Below are positions 38,690 through 50,956 of a stretch of DNA of 64,000 nt, one piece after another. Numbering within the stretch: position 1 is the stretch's first letter; the number at the start of each line of letters is the position of its first letter. The notes beneath the pieces are model-generated. The model searched no databases. It worked only from the letters and a program-made list of their open reading frames with translations, and was not told the origin of the DNA. A program made the translations under genes and the position numbers. Source of the DNA: Trichoplax sp. H2 (Eukaryota); assembly GCA_003344405.1 (NCBI GenBank), contig NOWV01000121.1, forward strand, positions 62,001-126,000, written 5' to 3'.

Positions 38690-39965
38690 GCAGTACAGTA
38701 TAGGGAAATAGCAGCGTGGACTCCTGATGACTCGCACAACTGCTGCTACTAATGTACTGTCGAGGTTTACGAGGTAGAGTAGACTAATACTGTAACGTAA
38801 TTTAGTGCACTTGTACGGCTCAGCTCAATCAATGTACAGTACAGTACTGTATGTAGACCTGAGAAAGGTTCGGTCCGGTTCGGTTCAATACCTTTATGAT
38901 CTACAGTATGTTTGTACAGTATGTACAGTACGATAGTACGATAGTTTATGATACTGGTACTGTACTGTACAGTGTACACTGTGTACAGTACAGTATGGAG
39001 AACAAATACAGAACGTACTGAACTGTACGAAACCTACAGTACAGTACGCAGTGATATCGTAGAATAGTACTGTACTGTCAGTCAGTCAGTCAGTATGGTT
39101 TGTCTATACGAAACCTACAGTACCGCACAGTACACCGTGATATCGTAGAATAGTCAGTGTACTGTACTGTACTTGTCAGTCAGTCAGTCAGTCAGTACGG
39201 TTTGTCACTAACCGTGTACTGTTCAACATCTTACAAACGCCATACTGTACAATGAAGCGTTTTGTAATGTGATCCATCTAAAATTATCCAATCGTTCAAT
39301 GCGTTAGCGTTATCGGTAGCGCAAAGCTACGTCATAGATTGATCTTTACTGTTAGGGATGTTATTGGTCTTGTTTTCTTGGAGTAATCATGCCCAGATTA
39401 GTGAGTCAATACTGACCATCGACCAGGGACTTCTAAAGACTAATATAGTATTAGACTTACTGTACAAGTCTCTGGCCGGATACTGTACTGGAATTTTCTT
39501 TATTAAGTCCGAATACAGTACAGTACAGTATGTAAATACTATAATACTACAGTACTGTACAGTATGTGCTGTACTGTACACTGTACAGTAGTCACAGAGG
39601 TAAGAAAAAAACCCCCGTACTTTACTGTACTGTGCACTGTAAAGTACAGTACTTATTACTGTAAGCGACGGACATCGGGGTGGCTGGAACTTTCGTAATC
39701 CAAAGTTAAACATTATAAAACGTAGCCATTATTATATTGACAAAGTTTCATAGTAACGATTACGAAAGTAATGCAGAAGGAGAGCAGNNNNNNNNNNNNN
39801 NNNNNNNTTATGGCTGGGCCTACTGTACTGTACACTGTACACTCAGTGTACAGTACAGTAGTCACAGAGGTAAGAAAAAAACCCCCGTACTGTACTGTAC
39901 AGTGTACAGTACGGTAGTGGTCACGAGTGTATTGTGCACTGTAAAGTACAGTACTTATTACTGTA
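38690..39965. repeat. TACAG/CTGTA satellite, (CAGT)n microsatellites and a tandemly duplicated ~80-100 bp unit in the SMU1/LRMDA divergent interval
   Basis: Pentamer runs at ~38835, 38915-39075, 39515-39590 and 39820-39950. Unit tacgaaacctacagtac...gtgatatcgtagaatagt...(cagt)n..ggtttgtc at ~39027-39105 and ~39107-39206. Confidence 0.88.
39788..39807. other. Assembly gap (20 N) flanked by duplicated sequence
   Basis: N run; ~39637-39787 is repeated at ~39939-40089. Confidence 0.95.
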
Positions 39966-40163
39966 AGCGACGGACATCGGGGTGGCTGGAACTTTCGTAA
40001 TCCAAAGTTAAACATTATAAAACGTAGCCATTATTATATTGACAAAGTTTCATAGTAACGATTACGAAAGTAATGCAGAAGGAGAGCAGCCCATATTCGT
40101 TACAGGAACTGTCCTTGTTGATGATGATCGTCATAGCCTTGTAGTACAGTAAAGTAGAAATAG

Positions 40164-42264
40164 ATGGAAGGTGAAAGACTGTCACTCGCCTATAAACATC
40201 TCAAAAAAATTCCGGAAAAATCGTTAAAAAACTTTGAAGATAAGCTGATCCATCTTGATTTAAGCCACAACAAGATCTCGTATCCTTTACATTGTATGCG
40301 TTTCTAGTAACTTGAACTAATTATAAGTACAATGAATACTTCGATTATACTTACGTTATGTTTATATTCGTCATAGCTATTGCGACACTTTATTAAGAAA
40401 CAATACTGTGATAGATACAGTACGCGACTTCACCTTGAGAGATGATTACTTTCTATTTCATGCTATGAGAATTGCTGTAAACTTAAATTTTTCCAATCCA
40501 TGAAAGAGAATGACGTAACTACTTTCTGCACAAAATAGTTTTATTTAAATATCAATTATTTATGACCAGCCAACTGCCACACTACCTCTCCTCGCTTTCT
40601 GCCTTTCAACTTGATCGGTAAATCTATCTTATCGCAACTGACCAGTGATCTCTCCACTAAATTGAGAAATCAGGCATTACAGTACTGAAGCACTACTCCA
40701 GTTTTCATTAAAGTCATTTACTGTGATTTACAAATTCATGGACTATTAAATACTAGTTGAATCCCGCTCATGATACAATACTTCGTGTACATGTACTGCT
40801 ATGTTTTAAGATGAATCCACACTAAAGGTAAAGTGCTTTAAAATTCGCTAGACGATCACGATTGATTTACTGGATTAGCCTATCACCGTTTGCAGGCGTT
40901 TCCAACTAGTAATAACTAAACACAGTATAATCGAAGAAAGCGCGTTCCTAGGCTCGTAAACAGTTGTAGTCCTTAGATCACCTAAGGGTACTTACAGGAC
41001 TTTGCCCTAAGATGAAGCTCAACTTTACAATTTTGCCATATTGGCATATTTATTGACTAGAATTGAACATGTACTGTACTGTACAACTGTGCAAGCACGT
41101 TACTATCCTAATCCCTGGCCGTTGATTATACACTAATATACAGTATTTGATACTTGCTAACTTAACGAATGCAACTCTCAAGTATCAATTTTCATTAAAT
41201 GAATGTGACCATAAATTCATCTAGAGGTAATTATCCGTCTTGCATACAAAATTATACAAATTACTTACTTAAAAGATATAAAAGTATAGGTATGGTAGCT
41301 AGAGATTAGGACAAGTATCCGATTTATCGTGTGTTTCTAAACTAAATAAGTCGTGTAGCCTAAATGCTGTTGTACGTTCAAAATTCAGTAACAGAGACAA
41401 GCACTTTCTTTAACTTTGCAACTTCTTAAAATCTAGCGATCTTAGAATCTTGGTACGTTTGAAGCAGCTTAGAATTCTAATTCTTGATCATAATCATATA
41501 AATTCTCAAATACAGTTTCCGAGTCATGAAATGCTAAATACCCTTTGGGTCAACCATAATGAGATAGGTTGGTGTGCCAGTGCCGTGCTGTATATTTTGT
41601 TTGCAATATTAGAGTATTCAAGACCTAGTTTCGTCTTCAATATTAGCAATTACATCAAGTAATAAATTCACTGATTTTTGAATGGATATTCCATTTAACG
41701 GCTTTAATTATGATAAAGATACTTTACTAAATTCACTAGTCGTACTAACAATATTCATAAATTTGGGGGTTGATATAATTAGAAAATTTAAGCATATTCA
41801 TCGAAAAAATCGCCAAGGCATTTCCTAACTTGAAATATCTGAGCATGATGAACAACCAGGCTGCTCCCAGTTACTTTAATGGTGGCACTTTGTACCAGTA
41901 TACAGATTACAGGTAAAAGTATGTGACAGTCTCAAAATAGTTATAAAGTTGTGCATAGCAAACCTTAAATGTACAATGTACATGTTCTCGTATGTGTTAT
42001 AATGATTTGTTGGATAAAGGGCACTTTTCGTACTTTATCGGTGGTAAACTGTATACAATTTGTTGTACTATTTATGTTATCGGTACTGAACTTCATTACT
42101 AATCACAACACAGACAGTACACCATCAGTCATCTTCCGAAACTTCTGGCTCTAGATGATATCACCATTACTGACGAGGAAAGATTTAAAGCGGAACAGAT
42201 TTATGGCAAGATAAGGTTTGATAGCTCAAAGAAAATGGATACCTGCGGCTATATTGACGCTTGA
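40164..42264 (+). CDS. LRMDA: Leucine-rich melanocyte differentiation-associated protein-like (C10orf11-like LRR protein)
   Basis: Exons 40164-40279, 41437-41567, 41783-41912, 42114-42264. LRRs [56 protein letters not shown]; LRRcap [18 protein letters not shown]. The start codon is tentative. Confidence 0.82.
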
Positions 42265-43019
42265 CTCAGAAAACGACTTGACAATTATATTAGCGATAAA
42301 ATAATTTTACAAGCTAATACTCCTTATATAGTATCAATATTCCCTATTTATTTAAAAGCGAAATTCAAATCAGAAATTACAATTATCTGTGTGATTTTAT
42401 TAATTTCCAATTTTAAAGAATAAAATACCTGAATTTTTATGCTGTGGGCAAGTGCTAAAAGCAGCTTAAATGAAATATTATGTAACAGCTATATATCGAA
42501 AGCATCAATAGAGTAACATTATCTGATTTATAAATAAAATAACATGCTGAAATCATTGTATTTGGATGGTAGTACCTATAATATGAAGATTTTTTATCAC
42601 AAGAGAATTTTACGATGGTAAATTCAACCTTATTTATTAAGTTGACGTAGTACCGCATTTTGTATGCAGGTACAAGGATTAAAATATTACTTCAAAGTAC
42701 AAATTTTACTATATCAGATCTAAAATTTACGATAATTTTAAAATTATATTTATTACATTATTGCAGAACACACTTGTAGTCAAGTTAATAATTAAAAGTG
42801 TTGTTCTATCGTTATCATTACCACTACTATTAGCCTTCATTATCACAATCTCATTTCAGTTTCTAATGACAGACAATCGATATCTGATTACATAATCAAA
42901 TGGGCAGCTTCGAAGTACTCTTACATGGAAGCAGCCTTAGCTACTCGCTAGCAGTTTAGTAATGAGATTTACATACGAAATCTATCGAACTCGCCCGACA
43001 ATTTTTTACTTCAGATCAT

Positions 43020-46000
43020 TTACTTGCCACGAGATTTCAAATTTATGTATACAATTCCAAAGACTGTAGATATGAAATAAGCTCCGCAAGTCCACCACGT
43101 AAAAAATGACATTATACCTCTCAGAATATCTTTGGAAAAGATCGTGTGCAGTGGTCTAAAAGCTATGGTATGACTTCCTTGCAGTAACTCTGATGAATTA
43201 AGAAATTTCTCTAATAATCTAAAAAAAACCGATGAACTACTTTCAACCTCAATAATCTTAAATGTCTCATCCGCCATCCACGAATATCCACCTGGAAGTG
43301 ACAGAAAATTAAAAGCCTCACAAATAATTTATTTAATATATAAGTCTACGATAATTATATATATAAATATACGTAACTAGTTGAAATAGAACAGCAACAG
43401 TGCATCGATTACCTAATGCCTTCAGCAGTAAAGTCAGATCGAAAATAATAATTACAGGCGCAATGTGTTGCGTTGCTGCGATGCAGAGATAGTGAAAGAC
43501 GTGATTGATCTGTAATTATGACAACAGATATAAGTTAGCGTCGATCGACTCTAATGCGTTGTATCATCAGATTTTATCAATCGTATTGCTCTACGATGTA
43601 AGGAATGGACAATGTATATCAAGGAAAACATACTAATACATCTACATTACATTACATTAAAGTGTGCATACAATTAACGAATTGATATTTTTTAAAATTA
43701 CCGCCTTTCTAAATTCAAGGTTAGTAATTTGCTGTACTTCTTTCTGAAAATTTTCTGCCTTGTCTAAGGCAGTGTCTAAATGTGCTTGCAAGTAAGATTT
43801 TATAGAGCTGAACCGTAGGATACTCAAAAGAATTAATATTCCCAGTCTCGACGTATTAAATGTTGCATCTTCAGCACTAAAAAAATGTCTATGTGAGTCC
43901 TCGAGAAAAATAAAATTCGATAATTAATCTATAGGCTTACAAAATTCTTGATTGGTTTACATTTGTGGCTACCATGGTATCTCGGGCTAAGGGTTTGACC
44001 CAAGACAGAATAACAATGAAAGGTAATAGCAGGCTGATTTGTGCATTTAACCTTGAAAGTAAGGTACGCGATCGTTATTACGATTAACTACTTTATACCA
44101 CCTATAAAATTTATAGTAAATACCATGTAGCCGATGACCAGTCTCTGACAATTTTCGAGTGCATTTTCGCCAATCTTAAGCTCGGAAAGAGGAAGACAGA
44201 CCCAATTATAGCAGAAAGCACAGAAATGATGATCTTGACTAAAATGGGAGCTGCTGGGGTACTATACAACGTAAATTATAAATCTACTTTTAGCAATATT
44301 AACTTTAATCACTAGCATCACACAGTATATAATGTGCAATGCAGTATATAGCAGTTGCGCTTTTAAACCTTGAATTAATCAATCGGGTGGTATTTCTATT
44401 GAGAGAATCATAAACTGCCATGAGAAAAGGAAATAGATTAGTAAATGCCACACTTAATTCCCCTTTAATTTCTTCAAATAGGGAGTAAGTAAGAAAAAAT
44501 TGTAAACTCCGATTTCTTACCATATGATAAACCAAACTCTAAAATAGTTTCATCTACTGTTAAGACAACCATGCAAAGCAAGAAATAAACTGAAGCAAAG
44601 ATAATACACATCGAGCTTTCACCGCCGTCCCCAATTCTGAAATATACCAACGTCAGAGAGGAAAGCGATTTTCTATTATGCAACTTAAGTTAAAATAAAC
44701 ATACTCTGATCTTTTCTGCTACACAGCAAAAACACACAAGAAATATACTCGTTGCCCAGAAAAGTAAATACGAATGAAACTCCTAGTGTAATATTATGTA
44801 CAGTCCACATATTCGTTAAGTAAGTCTATTTAATCAATTCAGGATACAATGCAAAAAACGCTGAGAGCAGTAACCAAACGATGCTGAGATTCAGTTCATT
44901 TCCATAAGCAGCCGGTTTAAGCCAAAAGTATAGTTCCGATATTGAAAATATCATTAGGGAGTATATAAAAAAATCAACTATCCAAATGAAATCTGCGCTG
45001 TAGTATAAAGTCAATATTTCGGCTGTATTAGCCTATTCTGACATGAATGGACAAGGCTATTTGTTAGTTACCATCCAGCAATGTAAATGTTTTATCATTG
45101 CAACACAATTGTAACTTAAATCAATATTTAACATTCTGACCTCCGTGGGATAAACGTCGTAGGAAGCATTCTTAGGTAACTTAAATTCCTTAGGTACAGC
45201 TCGTGAATTAAGCTTTTTCCTGCATGGATTTAATCATTAGCAAATAATATCATAAAATTATATATAATCGACAAGTATAGTTTATTAATTTATCATCATA
45301 AAGCCCATGATTGATCTAATTGCAATCGGATGTTAAAATTTGCTTTATATTAACAAAATGTGCATAGTTTACAATATCTTGTACCTTTCCCTCTGTGTTA
45401 ATTTATATTTACTCTTTGCAGTACTAGAGAGTTCTCTATTACTATTGGTGCAGATATCCCATAATGCTTCGTCTGGAGGACATATGTATCGAATAAGTCT
45501 GCATAAAATGTAAATCACAGGTTAAAAGTGTAATCAAGGACTTACGCGCAGCTTCCTGTTGTCCTTTACTCTAATGAACGTATAGTTCAAGGACTGTAAC
45601 GTAATAAGTGAATTTGATATCTTAGATTACGTCTTATACTGTACGAGCATACCCTCGTCCAATAATCCACCGTCCAAATGAATAATAAGGACTAAGTCGT
45701 CGAATTAGAAAGGAAGCTAGTACGGTTGTCACCAATTGAAAGCCTAGCAAGGCCTGCAGTTATAATTAAATAGCAAAGTAAGTATATTGGTTTAGTTCAA
45801 CGATCAGAGATTTCATCAAGGACCTCTTAAAAGTCCGGATTAGTACACATGTCATTGTTGAACGATTACCCTATTGACGATGCACCAATGCTACTTGCAG
45901 TGCATTACACCACTATCACATACCTAAAGATCTTCATGGTCTGGACTTTGCGATTCTACTGTACACCGGCTGTACAAATACAGTACAATTTGCAATATAC

Positions 46001-46219
46001 AGCACAACAGCTAAACGTACACTACTATATCTTACTTTATAGTACTATTCAATCAAACCAGAGATTTCTGCAATAATTAATTAATTTTTAAAAGGTCGTG
46101 GCTAAACCTAAATTAATAAATACACAGTAGCTACTTCTACAGAGTGGAGCTTTACAATGACATAATGCGGGATTAACAGATGGAATTGCATATTCTCATG
46201 TTATCTTTAAGCTTACCAT
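43020..46219 (-). CDS. TMEM161B: Transmembrane protein 161 family member
   Basis: ATG-only first coding exon 46219-46217 (ATG|gtaagc), then 45753-45653, 45498-45385, 45219-45141, 45032-44848, 44672-44521 and further exons to the stop at 43020. MALLGFQLVTTVLAS, LNLSIVWLLL, GDGGESSMCIIF, LRGIMSFFTWW match the TMEM161 family; A versus B cannot be resolved. Confidence 0.9.
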
Positions 46220-46364
46220 CACTATGCTCTCTACGTTGCAGCGTTTGCTTTATACGGATTTGCGCTTTTGAACAGGTAAAAGCCGGAGCTAGCAACACTT
46301 ATTTCATTTCAATTTCGCAGAAAATCAGTAAAAGATTAACTACTTTTAGGTGGACAGCATAGCA

Positions 46365-46470
46365 GAGTACTCTTGCAGTCTTTGTACTCTACTGTACAGA
46401 CTGTACACTGTGTATAGTACAGTACAGTACAAGTCATTACACTGTACTGTACAGTACAGTACTGTATAAT
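46365..46470. repeat. TACAG/CTGTA patch immediately upstream of TMEM161
   Basis: actgtacagactgtacactgtgtatagtacagtacagtac...actgtactgtacagtacagtactgta. Confidence 0.8.
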
Positions 46471-48021
46471 AGGCTACAAGAAATTCCATCTCTCAAGAGT
46501 ATCCTAACCAAAAGGAGTTTTTGGCTACATTGTTGTAACAAAAATTTTTAAAGCATGGCGATAGCACTCGGCAATGTGTAAAAATAGAACTATGGCATGC
46601 ACATTGTACAGTAGGCTACTATCAGTAGCCCCAGTCAAAATACATCTAGTGATTTAATGCAAAATGCAGAGGGGTAATGCGCGGCAGAGATTTACAGTAA
46701 GCGTGTCGCTCCACATGACTCAATGTTGTGTCCGTGTAAAAAGGAATAAAGCCTAATCTATGATAAATGCCTAGCTGTCAAATTACAGCACTAAACTGGG
46801 TAAATTTGCATACTGTAATACATACAGCACAGTGTAGAAGACAAATGACCTTTTTCAATAAGATAATAATAAAAAAATTACATACCCTAACTGTTTACAT
46901 CATAGTGAATGAATGATATTATCCCGCTATGCAGCAAGTATACCGAGCCCCATTGATTTAGACCTTTAGGTCTTTATAACCTAACATGCACGAGTATATA
47001 TATTCGCATATTTAGCCTTGCTTAAAAAACATGCGATATGTACACCTGCTTGCACTAGATGCAATAGTCGAAATCTACAAGTCAAAGAGTAACGATTGAT
47101 AAGACTACAGCTATAACCAGGATCTCGTAGCATTTATAGACAATGCATATACTGCATATATAATGGTAGCTGTTTGCGTAAAAGTTTCGAATAAATATTA
47201 CGAAACAGTAGTCACTTGTAGCACCCATAACAGTAAATTAAATTAAAACACGTGTAAAGTAAATCTCAGTAATGATAATCCAGGCTCTAAGCTTTTGATA
47301 TGCAATACTCTACTGTTATAGTGAGGTTAGTGACCATGTCCAGATGTTCTAAATCACTGTAGGCCACAAACGATTTTAATTTCTTAATATATAAAATCGC
47401 AACTTGAATTTGCCACATACCCAACTTATCTTTGAAAGCAACAAATTTCAATAGATAAATTTATTATAACCGCACAAAGCAAATACATTTCGATAAAAAT
47501 CTATAAACGGAGATAAATTCAAAGTGAAATCTCAGCCCATAAACTCATGATGTACTCCAAAAGTCTTTAATCTTAAATAAACCGTTCCTAATGAATCTTC
47601 ACCTTACAGAATAATAAATTTTATTTGCTATGTTGCACATACAGTGAAGTATATTATTAATAAAGTTACAGTTATGACTACGTGTATAATATTACTCAAG
47701 AATATAGTAGTACTTAGAAAATAAATCATAAAAATCTTTTTACCAAGTAGAGTAAAAATATACGTTCAAAATTCTGTATAAGGTCTTTTGCCTCCTTCTT
47801 GATTGCAATAGCCCGAACTATTCAATTGGTACTGCTGTATTCTACTTCGTAGCAAATCATGATGCATGAATAATCATGACAACTTCTTAAATTGGACTAT
47901 TACTGCAAAATGCTGATATGAAGTACTGTACTTAGTATGCTGGACATTTACATATAATGATACTAAAATAAAAGTAGTACCTTGAAAAGATTCGCATTTA
48001 TAACCTTCCATAATTTAATTT

Positions 48022-50058
48022 TTATGGATCCCTACTTATACATTTGTCATATACAATTGGATTGTCAACGCAAACTACACTGAAATGCTTCTGGTTCGGA
48101 TATCTTTTTTTTGTATCAGGACATAAGCATGGGATTGTTAAATGTTTTTGCCACACCTTACGATCACAATACATTCCAAAAACGTCACGTACTCCTGAAT
48201 TGACGGTAGCAGTCTTTAGATTCATCAGTCTTGGAGACACTAACCATCCAGGCTTAGCCTGTAATAACCAAATAAGCAAGATAATCAATACTCAACAAGT
48301 GTCTCCTGTTACACTTTTTAATTTCTTATATAAAGCTTTAATTAATTAAAGTAGTTCAAAATTTTCTAAGTTAAGACAATTAACCTGCAGTATACGTCGC
48401 TTCCTGCCGTCACCACTCTTCCCAAGTCCTCTTTCGCCAATGTGCCACATGCGACCAAGAGTGGGGACCACGACATTATGTCGCCCAGGCCACATCCATG
48501 CAATCGCTTCAGACCAATCATTAGTCTTACTTGCCAAAAACTTTGAATGGTATATTGCTTGCCATATTGAAGCATTAAAAGAGTAAGCCATACCAGGAAA
48601 GTAAAGCATAATTCTAAAGTAAATATCAACGTATTATTTATACATGAGTGAATAATATCAAAAGCAATCTGTTTATACTAGTACATAATATACGTATAGT
48701 ACTGTATAACGTTATTTGTCGAATCCTTAGTAGTTAATATGAGCATTAGCGAAAGAATTGACATCGAAGAATATTCGTAATATTTGATCACTAAAACAAT
48801 ATCTGCAACGCATTACCAGCTTGGCTAACACTTTAACTGTCTTCAACTTACAATATATACTAATAATTATATATATATATATATATATGTATAACATCTA
48901 TATAATGGATAGCAGCATTAAATTAAAAATAGCCTTTTACAGTACATAGTTAGTATTAGAAATACTGCTGCTGCTCATTCAACTGGTAGAGTTAGTTACG
49001 GAAGAACCTGATAACGAAGGTATCCGGGTGAGGATTTACAAGGTGTTCTCCTGACCATCCTCCCAAACCAACAGCAATCGTGTTCGGATTAGAATTTTTT
49101 ACTTTTAACATAAACCATATAGCTTTCAAGGCATCTTTGGATAGTTCGATATCATCTTCTAAAAATAGAACGTCTCGCTGATATTTATAGCCTAAATCAA
49201 AAATATCTAAAAACTGATTATTAGAAAAATATATCCACATACCAGTTCATTTACTGATTCATTGTAAAATGCAAGAATATAAACTGTGTGTCTAGCAAGC
49301 CTCAAACATAAACAATAGTATTATTAACATTATATCCTTTTTACCCCAGTACATAAACGTTTACTTATCGTACAGTATCTGCAATTGTTAAAATTACCTG
49401 AGCTCTCAAATACTAATCTCATGATATTGTACCATTGCCTTTTATACTCTTTAGCGTTGCGTTTCTTACTTTCTGTAAGAAATGTCTTGGCTTTACAAAA
49501 CTTGACATTAGCTATAATGTCCTTTGTTTTTTTTACATCTTGAGTTGATACCACGGGAGTTTTTTGACAAGCAAACAAGCAAACGCTGGCAGAACTTAAT
49601 CCCTCTATTGCCTTCAACGACTTTATTAGCCGTTCCATATATGCAGGTCGGTAAGAACAAAATATGACAATCGGGATTTTGAAGTTACGAAATTCAAGTT
49701 CATTAGAGGTGAGACTCTCACTTTTAATGCTGCTGGTGCTGGAGTTTTTTACAAGATATGTTGGTGTAGTCTTGGCATTAGGAGAATACTGGTGTTTGAC
49801 CTTTAATTTACCATTATTCGTGATAGGGGTACTCTGTACCTTGGTTCCTTGAAACGTCATTCCCACTTCATTTTTCGATGAACCTTCCTTATTATGCTTG
49901 TCTAAATGCATGACAATTTCGTCATTTTTTCTTTCCACAACGTTTGTTGTTGCATATTTGGAGGTAATTTTTCGATAAAGTGTTGTCGGTACTAGTAAGC
50001 AAGTGATTATCAGTAATCCTTGCAAAAGCCGTGTACTTTTCATTAGTACGCCTGACAT
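48022..50058 (-). CDS. Type II membrane glycosyltransferase, GT13-like (MGAT1/POMGNT1-related), paralog A, ~441 aa
   Basis: Exons 50058-49398, 49206-49008, 48613-48385, 48258-48022. N-terminal TM, Ser/Thr-rich stem, PIVIFCSYRPAYMERLIKSL, LFLEDDI (EDD metal motif), FPGMAY, VVPTLGRMWHIG. Confidence 0.8.
48868..48888. repeat. (TA)n microsatellite in glycosyltransferase A intron
   Basis: tatatatatatatatatatat. Confidence 0.9.
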
Positions 50059-50069
50059 CTATTCACAGT

Positions 50070-50825
50070 TTATACAGTAGTACAGTGATGAAAGCTACAA
50101 TTAAATTATTATTTTATCGCGTTGGAAATTAGAAACCATCTTTCCTGCCAATTAATTCGACAGTTGCACAAACTGGTACAGTACAGTACCAGTTCTCTTC
50201 TAACAGAAACGTGTACTGTACTGTACACAAGTGCAGTTACGTCACGGTCCCTTTTGACTACGTCAAAAGGAAAACGCTGCAAAGCATCGGCTCCTCCTAG
50301 ATCTGAGAACGGTTCGGTTCGGATCGTTACGATCTATGCCTCCACCACTACAATACTGTACATTACAGCACCATGGACCAGAGAGTCACCCACCATTTGT
50401 GTGTGTGGACTGGACATTCCTCGGACTGTCGGACATTGTCCAGTACAAAACTGTACACTGTACAATTTCGCTTTGGACTGTAGACGATTTTGTCTTTTAC
50501 TGTACTGTACACTGTACAGTAGACTGATATTTTAGAATAAGCATTACGAGTAGCGTACAGTAATTGTATCAACTTGTATAGAAGCTCAACTCTCTAGCTA
50601 CATAATGGTATACGGTATAAAGTATAGTAATTTTACGTTAGTTTCAGTAATATTTTTTCCCTTTTTCGCAGTCTGAAAGAAAATAAATACATCGTACTGT
50701 AGACAGAGCCATTGGACCAAGCCACTTCTGAATTCCTTTTTCCCATTAAACCTCTTATTACAGTACTTTACGCGTCCTTTTTACATTGTACTGTACTGTA
50801 TTGTACTGTACAAAAGTACAACAGC
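50070..50825. repeat. TACAG/CTGTA patches in the glycosyltransferase A/GTF2A2 divergent interval
   Basis: Pentamer runs at ~50072, 50175-50228, 50440-50522 and 50785-50812. Confidence 0.75.
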
Positions 50826-50956
50826 GACTGCGCACTGCTGGACATTTATCCTTTTTCTTTCTTTTTGTTGTTACCATTTGGCTTCGCGATTTTTAAACGT
50901 TAAGCAGATAAACCTTGAATTTTTTCAAGCCAAGACTAAAGAAATTGGTAAAAAGA

